This document shows positions 39,106 to 52,421 of a DNA stretch of 64,000 nt, one piece after another (the stretch's first letter is position 1; every line of letters starts with the position of its first letter). The position numbers were made by a program, and so were the translations under genes. Source of the DNA: Eledone cirrhosa (Eukaryota); contig OZ024741.1 in NCBI GenBank assembly GCA_964016885.1, forward strand, positions 166,408,001 through 166,472,000, in the 5' to 3' direction. A model generated the notes under the pieces. The model searched no databases. It had not been told where the DNA came from and saw only the letters and a program-made list of their open reading frames with translations.

Positions 39106-39338
39106 TAATGTATAATAAACAATACAACATAATTACTTCACTACCAGAGGTTTCCCGAATTGCCTTGTCTGACGAACGAATGCGGACGTTTCATGTATTC
39201 GTCTTATTCGGGAAATCTCTGGAAATGAAGTAATTATGTTGTATTGTTTATTATACATTAAATTTATCTCTGTAACTTACATAGAGCACTCTCCACTCCT
39301 ATGACTTTTTCAATTTTCAACGGAAACTTCAATACTTA
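39106..39338 (+). mobile_element. Solo PLE pLTR with inverted 5' segment (same family as 58411-58590)
   Basis: Arms 39106-39160 and 39206-39260. HHR-like CTGACGA..GAAA with a mutated cleavage triplet. Ends TTCAACGGAAACTTCAATACTTA+(TA)n. Confidence 0.75.
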
Positions 39339-39785
39339 TATATATATATATATATAATATATATATATACATATAATATATATAATATATATATACATAT
39401 AATATATATATATATATATATCTGCTTCTACCCCTCTATAACTTCCTCCCGTTTGACCTGTGTGAAATCCTTTTCTCGCTCACATCTCACCCATGTCGGA
39501 TGGTCTGTATCTCTCGTCCATGAATTCACCAAGCTTAAGCTTACAGATATCATGTACTTGTCTCTTCCTATCTTTCCGTTACAATACCATCTTTGTTTGT
39601 TTACATGTCTCGCTCGTTTCACCCTATTTTACTTGTCCCAATAACTTTATTTAGTTATTGCTCGCACCAACCAGAGGTATATGATTTTTAAAGCGATGAA
39701 ATACCAATGAAAGTTGGAAGATCACTGATGAAGGACAAATTTTATTCACATGTAACCCATGTGCAACCGCGCAGCTCTCCATTTT

Positions 39786-39853
<68 letters not shown>

Positions 39854-39991
39854 TTAGGAAGAGAGTCAGGACGCTTTTCCCAATACCACTGGGATACTGA
39901 CTCTTTTCCTATTACCCACTCTACTACCATAAGTATTGAGTAATCTGGTGCGTTATGGTACACCTGGTATCTTACCACACCCTCTTTGTTG

Positions 39992-40039
<48 letters not shown>

Positions 40040-40142
40040 TTTATTTCGAAATAGAAATAGAAGCTTCGCCGTAATATTGTTAACTATAATATAGTCTGAT
40101 AATGGGGCGTATAAAACCCACTGAACGAAAAAAGATGGGTAT

Positions 40143-40213
40143 TAGCACAAATGGGAGTCGAACCCACACCTCTCGTTTGCCGGACGAGTACTCTACCATT
40201 ACGCCAATAACCC
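40143..40213 (-). pseudogene. tRNA-like sequence (GGC in anticodon position) with a broken acceptor stem
   Basis: TGGCGTAATGGTAGAG D-arm/A-box, CTCGT/ACGAG anticodon stem, GTGGG-TTCGACT-CCCAT T-arm. Confidence 0.6.
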
Positions 40214-40267
40214 GTTGCACCCACAAAAAAACAACAACTTTTTCCGTTATTTTTTTAAGCTATAGAA

Positions 40268-40500
40268 GGGCGGTGGATTGGCAGTAAGGTAGAGGGTTGG
40301 ACGCCATGCTTTGCAGCATAAAGTTACTGCCCTTTATGATCTGAGTTCAAATCCCGCCGAGATTAACTTTGCCTTTCATTCTTGTGGGGTCGATAACATA
40401 AAGTACCAGTCACGCAGTGGGGTCGATTTAATTGACTTTCCCCTCCCCCATAATTGCTGGACTTGTGCCTATGTAAGAAACCTTTTTTAGAAGCTATAAC
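40268..40500 (+). mobile_element. SINE A
   Basis: Full head, core and 3' end. Confidence 0.85.
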
Positions 40501-41809
40501 TTTTCTTTCCTACCATAAGACGGAGAGATTTTCTTGGTGATTTTTCAAACAAACTAATATCTAAATTAAATGGTATTTTATGTTTTTGTTTAAACTTTCT
40601 TTCGACAATGGGAATTTTTGCCTGAAATATTAAGGATGAATCAAATTATACTTATTTGTTTAAGATTTAATGTTCTATTTCTATTGCTGTAGCCTTCTAA
40701 TTAACGGTTTTCTACACTTTACACAATGCTTCGTGAACGCGCGTGGCTTTATGGTTAAGGTATTCAGCTCACAACCGTAAGATGTTGAGTTCGATTTAAT
40801 GTTTTTTTAAAATTAAACGGAACACAGAAAGCGTAAATTGTTTCATAAATATCTCGGGGGGAAGTTATGTAGAAGTCTGTATCATTAATATATATAATAC
40901 AACTTTGATATTTAATGTCTATAATTTTAAACTATGCTTGTGTACTTCTGAGTACTTCTGTGAATGTGTGCATGTGTATGCGTGAATGTGTGCATATATA
41001 CTCGAATGTGTGCGTATGTATGGGTGTATGTGTGTGTGTGTTTGTTTGTGTGCGTATATGTATGTGTGTGTATGTGTATGTACGTGTGTGTGTGTACGTG
41101 TATGTGTGTGAGTATGTGTGTAAGTATGTGTATGTGTTTGTGTGTGTATGTGCGTGTTTGTGTGCGTATGTGTGTGTGTGTGTGTGTGTGTATGTGCGTG
41201 TGTGCGTATGTATGTGTCTGTGTATGTGTATGTATGTGTTTGTGTGCGTATGTGTGTGTATGTGTTTGTGTGCGTATGTGTATGTGTGTGTTTGTATGTG
41301 TGTATATGTGTGTGTGTGTGTGTATGTGTGTTTGTGTGTGTATGTGTGTGTGTGTGTGTGTTTGTGTGCGTATGTGTATGCGTGTGTGTGTGTATGTGCG
41401 TGTGTGCGTATGTATGTGTCTGTGTGTGCGTATGTATGTGTTTGTGTGCGTATGTGTGTGTATGTGTTTGTGTGCGTATATGTATGTGTGTGTTTGTATG
41501 TGTGTATGTGTGTGTGTGTATGTGTATATGTGTGTTTGTGTGTGTATGTGTGTGTTTGTGTGTGTTTGTGTGCGTATGTGTATGTGTGTATATTTGCGTG
41601 CACACAGACATCAAGAACGTCTGCTAACCAATTTAAATTTGAATTGTTTCTAGTTAGCGTTCGAAAGTAGTGATGTTCTTTTGTTGAGGTCAAGAGAAGA
41701 AAAGAACGCTAGAATGAGTAAATTAAAGGACAAGAATAAGAAAATGACTGATTGCATTAAAACTCATTTATAACTAGGAGGGTGTTGTAGTTTGCTTGAA
41801 GCATTGTGT

Positions 41810-42139
41810 CTACTACTGGCACTCCGTCGGTTGCAACGACGAGTGTTCCAATTGATCCGATCAACAGAACAGCCTGCTCGTGAAATTAACGTGCAAGTAG
41901 CTGAGCATTCCACAGACACAGTACTTTTAACGTAGTTCTCAGGGAGATTCCGCGTGACAACGAACTTGACAAGGATGGCTCTTTGAATTACAGGCGCAAC
42001 TCTTTTTTGCCAGCTGAGTGGACTGGAGCAAGATGAAATAAAGTGTTTCGCTCAAGGACATAACACACCACCGGGAATCGAACTCAAGACCTTACGGCTG
42101 TGAGCCGAATACCTTAACCTCAAAGCTACGCGCCTTCAC
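41810..42139 (-). mobile_element. Full-length SINE B-related element with a different 3' end and a 12-bp TSD
   Basis: TSD GAAGCATTGTGT at 41798-41809 and 42140-42151; short (TAG)n tail. Relatives at ~18905-19215 and ~37270-37395. Confidence 0.88.
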
Positions 42140-42908
42140 GAAGCATTGTGTAAAGTGTAGAAAACAGTGAATTAGAAAGCTACAGCAATAGAAATACGAC
42201 ATTAAATTTTAAACAAATAAGTATAATTTGATTCATCCTTAATATTTCGGGCAAAAATTCTCTTTATCGAAAGAAAGTTTAAACAAACTAAAATCTGCTC
42301 AATTTAGTTGACCTTTCCGAAGAATATTTAAAAATTTAATTTGTCCTATATATTTATTTGTTGGGTATGTTTCAGTTTTTAACATTTATATTCTATAATG
42401 CAGCGAACTAATCGTCTGTTTGCATGTGGCTTGTGATTGAATGGCTCTGACACAGCCTCTCACATGATTACAATTATTTCGGAGTTGAAGAAAGGATTAA
42501 TATTCATCGAAAGGCGATTTTGCGGTTGCTAAGCAAGAGGTCACTTTTAACAGACGTTTCAACTTTAAAGTATCTAAGCAGTAAGATTAACTGTGTTTAT
42601 AAATACTGAGGCAACACTCACACACACACACACACATGTATATATATGTAATATTATAGATATATGTGTATGCGCGTATGTGTCTGAAAGTCTGTATATA
42701 AACAGTTATATATCCCTGAGTTCAGTTTTTTTCGTCTCTATGGTCTAAGCGGCCAGCCTATCGGTCGCTGTATTTGATTTGCAAAGCTGTCTAAACGTAA
42801 TGTTATAACTCTGGGGTAAAATTCTCCATTGAGTGCTTAGCTGCACACCGAAACTGCATTCGTTAGCTTGGCTGCAACCTGAAGCTTCGTTGATGCTGTA
42901 CTAAAATT

Positions 42909-42941
<33 letters not shown>

Positions 42942-42975
42942 CTGTATATATACAGCCTTTCAGACACATACATGC

Positions 42976-43028
<53 letters not shown>

Positions 43029-43148
43029 CCATTTAATATATATATATGTGTAAATGAAGTAATTCTGTCGGAAAAGTCCAGGAAGAAAGAGTGCTCTATG
43101 TAGGTAACAGAGCTTAATAGTTATGTAATAAACAACATAAGGCAATTA

Positions 43149-43209
43149 TTTCATTTACCAGTGGTTTCTTAAAAGCAAAAAAATTTCGCTTTCAATCATC
43201 AGAATGAAA
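43149..43209 (-). ncRNA. Type I hammerhead ribozyme
   Basis: tttcatt-CTGATGA-ttgaaagc..gcttttaa-GAAA-ccactgg-TA-aatgaaa. Confidence 0.8.
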
Positions 43210-44157
43210 AAATCCTGGTGTATTTATTGGCGTTGGATTTCAAAAACAAAAATATAATCTATATGAAAGTGAGGCTGGAAAAGGAAGAAGGAAAGGAAAA
43301 ATAAAAACACACATGCAAACACACACACACACACAATTATATACATACACATATATATACATACACACATACATGCACACACACATATGCACACACACAC
43401 ACATATATATGTGTATATATATATATACATACACATACATATACACATACATACATACACACATAAATATCAATATATCCATACATACACATACATACAA
43501 ATACACAAACGTGCACACACATACACACACACATATACATGAATATATATATACATACACACACATTCATATATATACAGATACATATATATACACACAT
43601 ACATATATATATACACACATACATATATATATATATACATACTAATACATATACATACATATATACATACACATACATACATACATACATACACACAATC
43701 ATACGTATATACATACGTACATACATACACATACATACACGCATATATACACACATACATACGCATGCACAAATATAGAAATATATACACACACCTACAT
43801 ACTCACACACACAAATAAATATAAGAAAAAATATATAATAATAAAAAGAAAATGAATATAAAGATTATTATAGTGTTGACAGCGATACAGGCAGCAAATA
43901 AATGAACAAACACACGTGGTAAGCAATACACACAAATGCACGTACACATACATACGTAAAAATAAATACATACACACACTCTCACACATATACATACATA
44001 TACAAATACATAAACACATACATACGCATACACATATACATACACACACACACACACACACATATACATATATATATATATCCAGACAGCCTCCAAAAGT
44101 AATGATTGTATTTTAAAAGGGTACGTCAAAGCTATTTGTAAAACTGTTATATATTGT

Positions 44158-44220
44158 ATTTTGTCTGATGAAGGCATACCATAATTTAATGTGGTATCCC
44201 TGAAATATGTATAATGAAAT
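44158..44220 (+). ncRNA. Type I minimal hammerhead ribozyme (same family as 22247 and 47315)
   Basis: attttgt-CTGATGA-aggcatacc..ggtatccct-GAAA-tatgta-TA-atgaaat. Confidence 0.75.
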
Positions 44221-44260
44221 AAATATGGTTTTATAAATATAGTTTCCATTTATTAATATC

Positions 44261-44319
<59 letters not shown>

Positions 44320-44449
44320 CATATCCATACATACATACACATACATATACATACATATCACAAACACATACATACAAATACAAACACATATATATGTGTG
44401 TAAAACTCATTCTTAGATAATTCATATGAACCTTGTTTAACTCTAAAAT

Positions 44450-44546
<97 letters not shown>

Positions 44547-44898
44547 TACATATACATATATATATATATATACACATATATACCTACACACACATATACA
44601 TACACATACGTATGCATACATACATACACACACACACACACATATAATTATATATATATGAGAAAGAACATAAATATTATATATATAAAAAAAACCTAAA
44701 TATTGTATATATAAAAATAAAAATAAAAATAAAAATAAAAATGAAAATAAAAAGTTGAGAATACGACAAATAATAAATAAAAAAATATATTTAGAAAAGG
44801 GTATAAATGTTTATAGCAGATTTAGAGCACTCAATATGTTCCTGGAGCAAAAGATCCATGAAAATAAGCATTAAATCACTGTAATTATGCATATACAT

Positions 44899-44939
<41 letters not shown>

Positions 44940-45353
44940 TATACACACAAACACAACCACAGAAATACACATACAATTACGTATATATATATACACACAC
45001 ACATAGGAAAAAGTCTGACCCCACGGCAGAGCTCAAGCCGTTTCTGAGGCTATTATATATATACACACAAAACCATTATATAAAAGATACATATACACGC
45101 ACAAATATACACACGCCCATACACACACATTAAATCTATATATACACACATACATACATACACATATATACATATATATATATATACACATATATACATA
45201 TATACATATATATATATATATACACACACGCACAAATACAACAGAAATATATAATATACAATTATATATACATATACATACAGATAGATATAAACATACA
45301 TACACACACATATATACATACACATATACATATACACACACATATACATACAC

Positions 45354-45386
<33 letters not shown>

Positions 45387-46331
45387 CATATATACACATA
45401 TACATACATATACGCAACACACAAAAAAAATAAATATCTAAAAATAAAAAAATTTGGTATGTGAAGGGTAAGGCAGAAAGTGGGGGGGGGGGGGATGACA
45501 TAGGAAAAGGTTTAAATATAAGGGGGAGATAAGGGAGAAAGAGAATACGAGAGTACAAAACGTTGATTCAGCAGGTAAAAAAACCGTAGTGGAAGTAAAG
45601 AGCAGGAAAGGAGTTCAAGGTGGTTGAGTTATCATAGGAATGTCAATCCAGTTACAGAACGTTATATTCATTTTTTTTATTATTATATATTTTTTTCTTA
45701 TTTTTATTTGTGTGTGTGAGTATGTAGGTGTGTGTATATATTTCTATATTTGTGCATGCGTATGTATGCGTGTGTATGCGTGTATATATGTGTGTATGTA
45801 TGTGTATGTATGTACGTGTGTATATACGTATGATTGTGTGTATGTATGTATGTGTATGTATGGATATGTTGATATTTATGTGTGTATGTATGTATGTGTA
45901 TATGTATGTGTATGTATATATATACACATATATATGTGTGCGTTTGTGTGTATATGTGTGTGTGTATGTATGTATGTGTGTATGTATGTGTGTATGTATA
46001 TATATATGTGGTAAATGAAATAATTGCCTTATGTAGTTTATTACATAACTATATATATATATATAATTTATATCTATCTATCTATCTATCTATATATATA
46101 TATATATATTTCGTTTCTGAATTTGTTTAGCAAGATTCTTTATCTGAAATCGTGTGTTGAAACCGATATTGTTATACTTTGGGAGGGTCATGTTGCCAAT
46201 AAGAAACACACGCACCAGTTGCTTTCACTTCAATTTATTATATATTTATAAATTTATAAATTTACAAATCTACAAATTTATAAATTTCTGGTTGGTTGGT
46301 TGGTTCCACAACCAGATAGTTGTTTATATAT

Positions 46332-46376
46332 AGTCATAGTCCTTTCGTCACACACTCTGTGACCTCTTCAGTGACT
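46332..46376 (-). ncRNA. Minimal hammerhead ribozyme in PLE pLTR
   Basis: agtca-CTGAAGA-ggtcac..gtgac-GAAA-ggac-TA-tgact. Degenerate homolog (GAAC) at 55138-55182. Confidence 0.7.
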
Positions 46377-46580
46377 GGGGATTCCTTTCTTTGTTTCTGT
46401 GCCTTTCCTTTCTTCTGTCCTACGCCATTTTGTTTCTGTGTGTGTGTTGTGTGCTCAGTTTGCGCATGCGCCACATCCGGCTGTCTGTGTGTGTTTGTGT
46501 TCATTTATCTATTTGTTTATTTATTTACATGTTATTGGTTGGTTGTTTGTTCTATGTGTGTGTGTGTTTTCATTTTGTCC

Positions 46581-47150
46581 TTAATTGTAAGTTGTGATGT
46601 CGCTGTTCCACTCATATTTTCTATTTAATTTTGGTTGTAATTCTTTTATGTTTATTGCCTCTGTAATTTGTCTAAACATTGCATCTTTTCTGTGTGTAGA
46701 TTCTATTTTTATTTCTATGTTCTCTAATTTACCCTTGTGTTCTATCTTAGCATGTTGGTAGAGTACAGATGATTCTTTATTATATTGAAGGTCTCGCCAG
46801 TGTTCATTTATCCGTTCCCCTATACTACGAGCTGTCTCACCTATGTACACTATATTTTTGTTTCTACATTGTCCTTCAGTACATCTTATGCTATACACTA
46901 CATTTCTAGTGTTACAGTTAATATGGGGGCTTATTTTACAGGTTATACATTTCTTATCTATACATGAGGGTCTTTGAAACGGGTATGTCTTGCTAATAAG
47001 TGTTTTTACGGAGGTACCTGGTCTTTCTACTATCTTAATATTGAGTTTATGTTTATTTAGGGCCCTTCTAAATTTGTAGGCTAGTTCGCCTTGTAGTTGT
47101 CCGCCTGAACTAAAATTGAGCATAGATTGTTTTTTTGTTAATTGGAACAA
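46581..47150 (-). pseudogene. GIY-YIG endonuclease domain (C-terminus of a PLE ORF, 5'-truncated)
   Basis: NVVYSIRC..C..YIGETARSIGERINEH..EAINI..LNRKYEW, preceded by a C..C..C cluster. Confidence 0.88.
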
Positions 47151-47314
47151 AATAGGGTGGGGGGAGCTGAACGTTTAGAAAGTTGAAAAATAAAGGCCAC
47201 CCTAATATATATATATATATATATATATATTAGTGTGGTGATGGCCTCCAAAAACAACGGTCAATGTTTAAAAGGGGTACGTCAATGTCTATTTATAAAA
47301 CTGTTATATATTGT

Positions 47315-47377
47315 ATTTTGTCTGATGAAGGCATACCATAGTGTAACTTGGTATCCTTGAAATATGTATAATGAAAT
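47315..47377 (+). ncRNA. Type I minimal hammerhead ribozyme
   Basis: attttgt-CTGATGA-aggcatacca..tggtatcctt-GAAA-tatgta-TA-atgaaat. Confidence 0.75.
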
Positions 47378-47508
47378 AAATATGGTTTTATAAAAATAGT
47401 TTCCATTTATTAATATCGTATATCTACTCCAAATATTTGTCGAGTGCTTTATATCAGTTATAAAAATATTTGCTTGTTGTATCCCAACAATTTAAATAAA
47501 ACTTTTGC

Positions 47509-47554
<46 letters not shown>

Positions 47555-47556
47555 TC

Positions 47557-47634
<78 letters not shown>

Positions 47635-47929
47635 TATATATATTTGTGTGTGCGTGTATGTGTCTGTCTGTATATATTATATATATATGTGTGTGTAGGT
47701 GTTTGTGTCTGTCTATATATATATATATGTATATCAAATGTATATATTGAGTTAGAAACTCAAAATAGTCTCTTACAATAAAATACCTCAAGGAAAGAAA
47801 ACTTGGCTGCTATTTTTAGTGGTATGAGTTTGTGAGACACGCTAGGTTCTGATACCACGTGTGTTATTGTATATATGCACACTATTCAGTTTTCTTATAT
47901 ACTTAGAAGTGAGGAGTTTACTAATTTTT

Positions 47930-48010
47930 CACCCACTGATGAGCAATAATAATTGGTAATCCTCTTCCCAATTAATTTGCGAAACAGCATAGCCAAACGC
48001 TGTCTGGGTG
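47930..48010 (+). ncRNA. Canonical type I hammerhead ribozyme with full stem III
   Basis: caccca-CTGATGA-gcaa..taattgg/ccaatta..ttgc-GAAA-cagc(atagccaaac)gctg-TC-tgggtg. Confidence 0.87.
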
Positions 48011-48217
48011 ATTGGTAGTTACCACAATTCCGGTTTGTATTCATTTTCTTGATTTATTCTTAAATTGAGTCTGGCAAACCCTATTGTCCCTAGTTATTAT
48101 CTTTTTCACCTTAGCGAATCTGGTCCCTTACGATTTGAACACATATATGTATATGTCTGTGTTTATCTCTCTATTATATTCAATTATAATATTTTATATA
48201 TATATATATATATAAAT

Positions 48218-48269
<52 letters not shown>

Positions 48270-48311
48270 CGAAACATAAGTCAATTGCATGAACTCATAA
48301 TCCTTTATTTA

Positions 48312-48365
48312 CTGCTATATATATTTCGATAATAGCCATTGAATGGCTATGACCTCATCAGGTAG
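48312..48365 (-). ncRNA. Type I minimal hammerhead ribozyme (related to 19485)
   Basis: ctac-CTGATGA-ggtcatagcc..ggctattatc-GAAA-tatata-TA-gcag, then AATAAA. One stem I mismatch. Confidence 0.68.
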
Positions 48366-48850
48366 TTAGTCAGTTCTTAGATATGCCAGCTCTGTGTTTA
48401 TAGTGTTGATGGTATCAGAGCCTTGGGACATATATATTACGGAGAATGGGAGTTCGTATCTATCTCAATGACATTAACAGTTTAAAGAGCGAGAATCGTA
48501 ACGTTAGTGCAGACTTTATTTACCAGGGTCTATATGTCATTCTTCAATGATCACCCCTAAAAGAAGCGTTAAGTAAAATTAAATAATGTAACAAATTTAA
48601 TTCACGATAGATCGTGACTAGGTAATAGGAAGTTATGGAATCGATCTATTTTACATAGACATTAACAGACCAGAGAGAGGAACTCTGTTTCTGGTGTGGT
48701 TCTACAAAATCCTTATTCTGTTGCACTCATCTATCAATATATTGATTTCTAATTCAAGTACAGGAGCCCGTATTTGGGAACAGGGGTATTATATTCGGTT
48801 TCATCATACCAGGTATTTAAATTATAAAGCACTCGACGAATTATGAACTC

Positions 48851-48990
48851 AGAGATATGTAACCAAAATGCTACAAAGCAGAGATATGTAACCAAAATGC
48901 TACAAAGCAGAGATATGTAACCAAAATGCTACAAAGCAGAGATATGTAACCAAAATGCTACAAAGCAGAGATATGTAACCAAAATGCTAC
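48851..48990. repeat. Perfect 29-bp tandem repeat, ~4.8 copies
   Basis: Unit AGAGATATGTAACCAAAATGCTACAAAGC. Confidence 0.95.
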
Positions 48991-50418
48991 CAATTCTGAT
49001 AATCCGTCCTGCTTCAAACTGTTGGTGAATTGTTTTTTAGTATTATTGGTGCTGTAGGTTTTTAGGCCCTGGTCACTCGTGATTAAGCACAACTATGATC
49101 ACTCCGTTTTTTTCCTAGAATTATATTACACAAAGTATCCACCTATTATTAAGACAGTAACGTATGATTTCAAAGAAGATTTGGCTGCGATTTCCTGTAG
49201 GTCGATCGGCCACGTAGAGGCTCCCTCGATAATAAGAAATAGGGTCAGATTCTTATATAAAATGAGTGGATATAAGTTTAAAGTGGAGTCTTCATTCAAT
49301 TTTCTATATGGATAATGAACACAACCACAAGGATATGGTCCGAACGTGGAAGGGTCGAACTCCCACTGTCATCGCCTCCATCTCTCTGTATAGTGAGCAA
49401 ATAGGGTCCCATGTGATGGCTCCCCACAGCCTCGGCGGACAGAATGGAGAAGGTGTTTCCCCGGAGGATGGTAAGGGAGATGTGAGAATAGCTAATATTA
49501 ACGACTGAAATATTCTTAGTGAAAATATAAACCCCGCATTCTTTATTTACTCCGGTCTAACATTTAGAGTCTTTGTAGCTTATCAGATGAAATAACCACA
49601 AACATGAAAACCAAACTGATAAAAATTGAAACAATTGCGAAGTATTTTGTGTAGTTTCTGCATCTAACATTAAACCTTTCGTGATCATATTTTTAATGAA
49701 ATAACCACCATTGCAATTAATTCATAAAGGATTTGAAGGAGCTATTTCTATCTCTAATACGATACCTTAATATATGGATCTTATATAAAATTGTGTTTGA
49801 AAGATTTAATATATAATATATTGAGTCGTCGTTGTAGAAATTTGTAGAAAAGAAACAAATTTCTACAAATTTCATACTTGACGACCCAATAATTCCAAAG
49901 AGAAGAAACCGAAACAGTTTTCTCTGAGAGTTCCTTATACTCCGAAGAAGGGAATTTTAAGCCCCGAAATATTAGGACAAAAGAAACAACAACAACAAAA
50001 ACAAACAAAAAAACAAAACAAAACAAATATTACCAGGTAACTTACTTTTTTGTTACCTCTATCTTATCGTCCATTTTACATTGGTTAACCTTATTACATA
50101 TATCAATTTCCACATTATAAATGGGAATGTTTTAAAATGGGGGGTTTTGTTTCATAGAACGAGAGCCAGCTTTGGCCGGGTTGGTATCAAAAGGATTAAG
50201 GTTGTTTGTCAACGATATAACTGTTAGTATTGATTTGTTTATCAATGTACGTAATGGAGATTTCGCTCGGAGTATAAATAGTAGTAGAAGCAATAGCATA
50301 AAAGAAGCAATAAATGTAGATTGTAAATGAAAGTAATAGAATTACCTAATTGTGTGGTACGGTAATGATTGTTTGTAAATCTATTCAAATGGGGGCAATT
50401 TGGAGAACTATAAATGTG

Positions 50419-50775
50419 AAAGAGAGAGTGAGGAGAGAAAGAGATAGGGAGAGAGAGTGAGGAGAGAAAGAGATAGGGAGAGAGAGTGGGGAGAGAAAGA
50501 GATAGGGAGAGAGAGTGGGGAGAGAAAGAGATAGGGAGAGAGAGTGAGGAGAGAAAGAGATAGGGAGAGAGAGTGGGGAGAGAAAGTGATGGGGAGAGAG
50601 TGTGAGGAGAGAAAGAGATAGGGAGAGAGAGTGAGGAGAGAAAGAGATAGGGAGAGAGAGTGGGGAGAGAAAGTGATGGGGAGAGAGAGTGAGGAGAGAA
50701 AAAGATAGGGAGAGAGAGTGGGGAGAGAAAGAGATAGGGAGAGAGAGTGAGGAGAGAAAGAGATAGGGAGAGATA
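50419..50775. repeat. Purine-rich 29-bp minisatellite, ~12 copies
   Basis: Unit GAGAGAGTG(A/G)GGAGAGAAAGAGATAGGGA. Confidence 0.9.
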
Positions 50776-51221
50776 GGCGATATTCTGTTACTTTATCATG
50801 AGATCTTTTGTAGATAATAATTAATGTTTTCTTGTGGTTATTTTCGCTATTTATTGCTGCACCCCCATACATGCATTCACCCGACACACATGCACACAAA
50901 CACACACACATACACACTCATGCGCAGATACATGTATACAAACAAGGAATACTGCTTAATACATAAACTTGAGTTAATAATACTAACATTGACTAAAACA
51001 CGTTTACAACGAAGTAAACTCCACGTTTCACGTAACCACATTGTTATATGATAAATTACACTCATATGGCTGCAATACGTTTGGTAAAACGAAGACTTAT
51101 AACTACTGAGGTTCGATTTTCCCACACACATATCTATATATTTCTCTGTGTGTGTGTGTGTGTGTGTGTGTATTATATATCTACGATTTACACACACACA
51201 TCTCTCTCTCTCGCTCTCTCA

Positions 51222-51291
<70 letters not shown>

Positions 51292-51439
51292 GTATATATA
51301 TATAGAGAGAGAGAGATAGCAACTGGGGGGGAAATCCGCAAATGGCTTGCGTAAACTCATGCGGCGCTCTCGAAATTGAGATATTATATGCTTTCCAACA
51401 GACAAGTCTGGTAGAATGTCAGTTGACAGCCTACCAAAC

Positions 51440-52000
51440 TACATCCAGGTAACGCAACACCAATGAAATGGTTGCTGTGCAGTATTGCATTGCTCTAGGT
51501 TGGGCAGCTTTCAACAAGAACAAGGAAGTACTAACATCAAAACGAGTTTCCTATCATTTGAAGGCTAAGATCTTTGATACTTACATCCTACCAGTTGTGT
51601 TATATGGTCTTGACTGTGTTAATTGGACGACAAGGTCACTTCAGAAGCTCTCTACATTCCAGAAACGCATCATGAGACTTATGATAGGCAAGCGGTTCAG
51701 TAACCGTATCTGTATCAGTGAGCTGCTCAACATGACTAAACTTAAACCAATTACATCAATTGTCAAGTCAAGAGTACTCAAACTATACGGTCATATAAAA
51801 GTATCAACTCGTGGTGTGAGTAGGTTATGCTTGGAAGGAAGGTTGATTGGTAAGAGTAGCAGAGGCCAGCAGCGAAAACGATGGCTTGATAATATCAATT
51901 TATGGACTGGACTTTGAACTCTTCTGCTGGTGATCGGAACTTTATGGAGAAGAATATCTCATGTTGATTCGCAGTCTGAAACTGGCGGAGTTTAGCGTCA
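51440..52000 (+). mobile_element. RTE-like LINE 3' fragment
   Basis: ORF 51468..51917: KAKIFDTYILPVVLYG..W..LKLYGHI..RGQQRKRWLDNI. Confidence 0.8.
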
Positions 52001-52421
52001 CAAGAAATGCAACCCCACATCATCAACACAAGAGAGGTAACACCACAAGAGCATGAGGAAAGGGAAAAATCCTCAACGCAAATATGATGACGTGAACTAG
52101 CATAATGTAGCCTAATAAACAGACTACCAACAACTATCTATCTTATTCCTATTTTATTTCCTCTATACCCCACTGGCTGCATATTTAATTTATTTCCACT
52201 TTGAATAGCATTGGATTCGATCCTACTTCTCTTTATCTACATATTTTGCTCTTGCCTATCTCCATTTGATAGTATCTGATGTCAAAAATTTATTTTAATT
52301 TTTATATTTGTTTACTTAATCTATCCTTTCATTTGTGGCAGTCTGATAAAATAGATTTTGAGACACTTCATTCAAAGGACCTTACCCCCTTTCTACCTCT
52401 CTTATTATTATTATTATACGA

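Larger units (their letters stand above)
46110..47150 (-). mobile_element. Penelope-like element 3' fragment with GIY-YIG endonuclease and HHR-bearing pLTR
   Basis: ORF 46581..47150, pLTR 46110-46450 (homologous to 54927-55255), HHR 46332-46376. Confidence 0.88.

Noticed and set aside
40143-40213. Functional tRNA-Ala gene
   Set aside because: The acceptor stem does not pair and the anticodon loop is atypical.
48851-48990. CRISPR-like 29-bp repeat
   Set aside because: Units are contiguous with no spacers, the context is eukaryotic and there are no cas genes.
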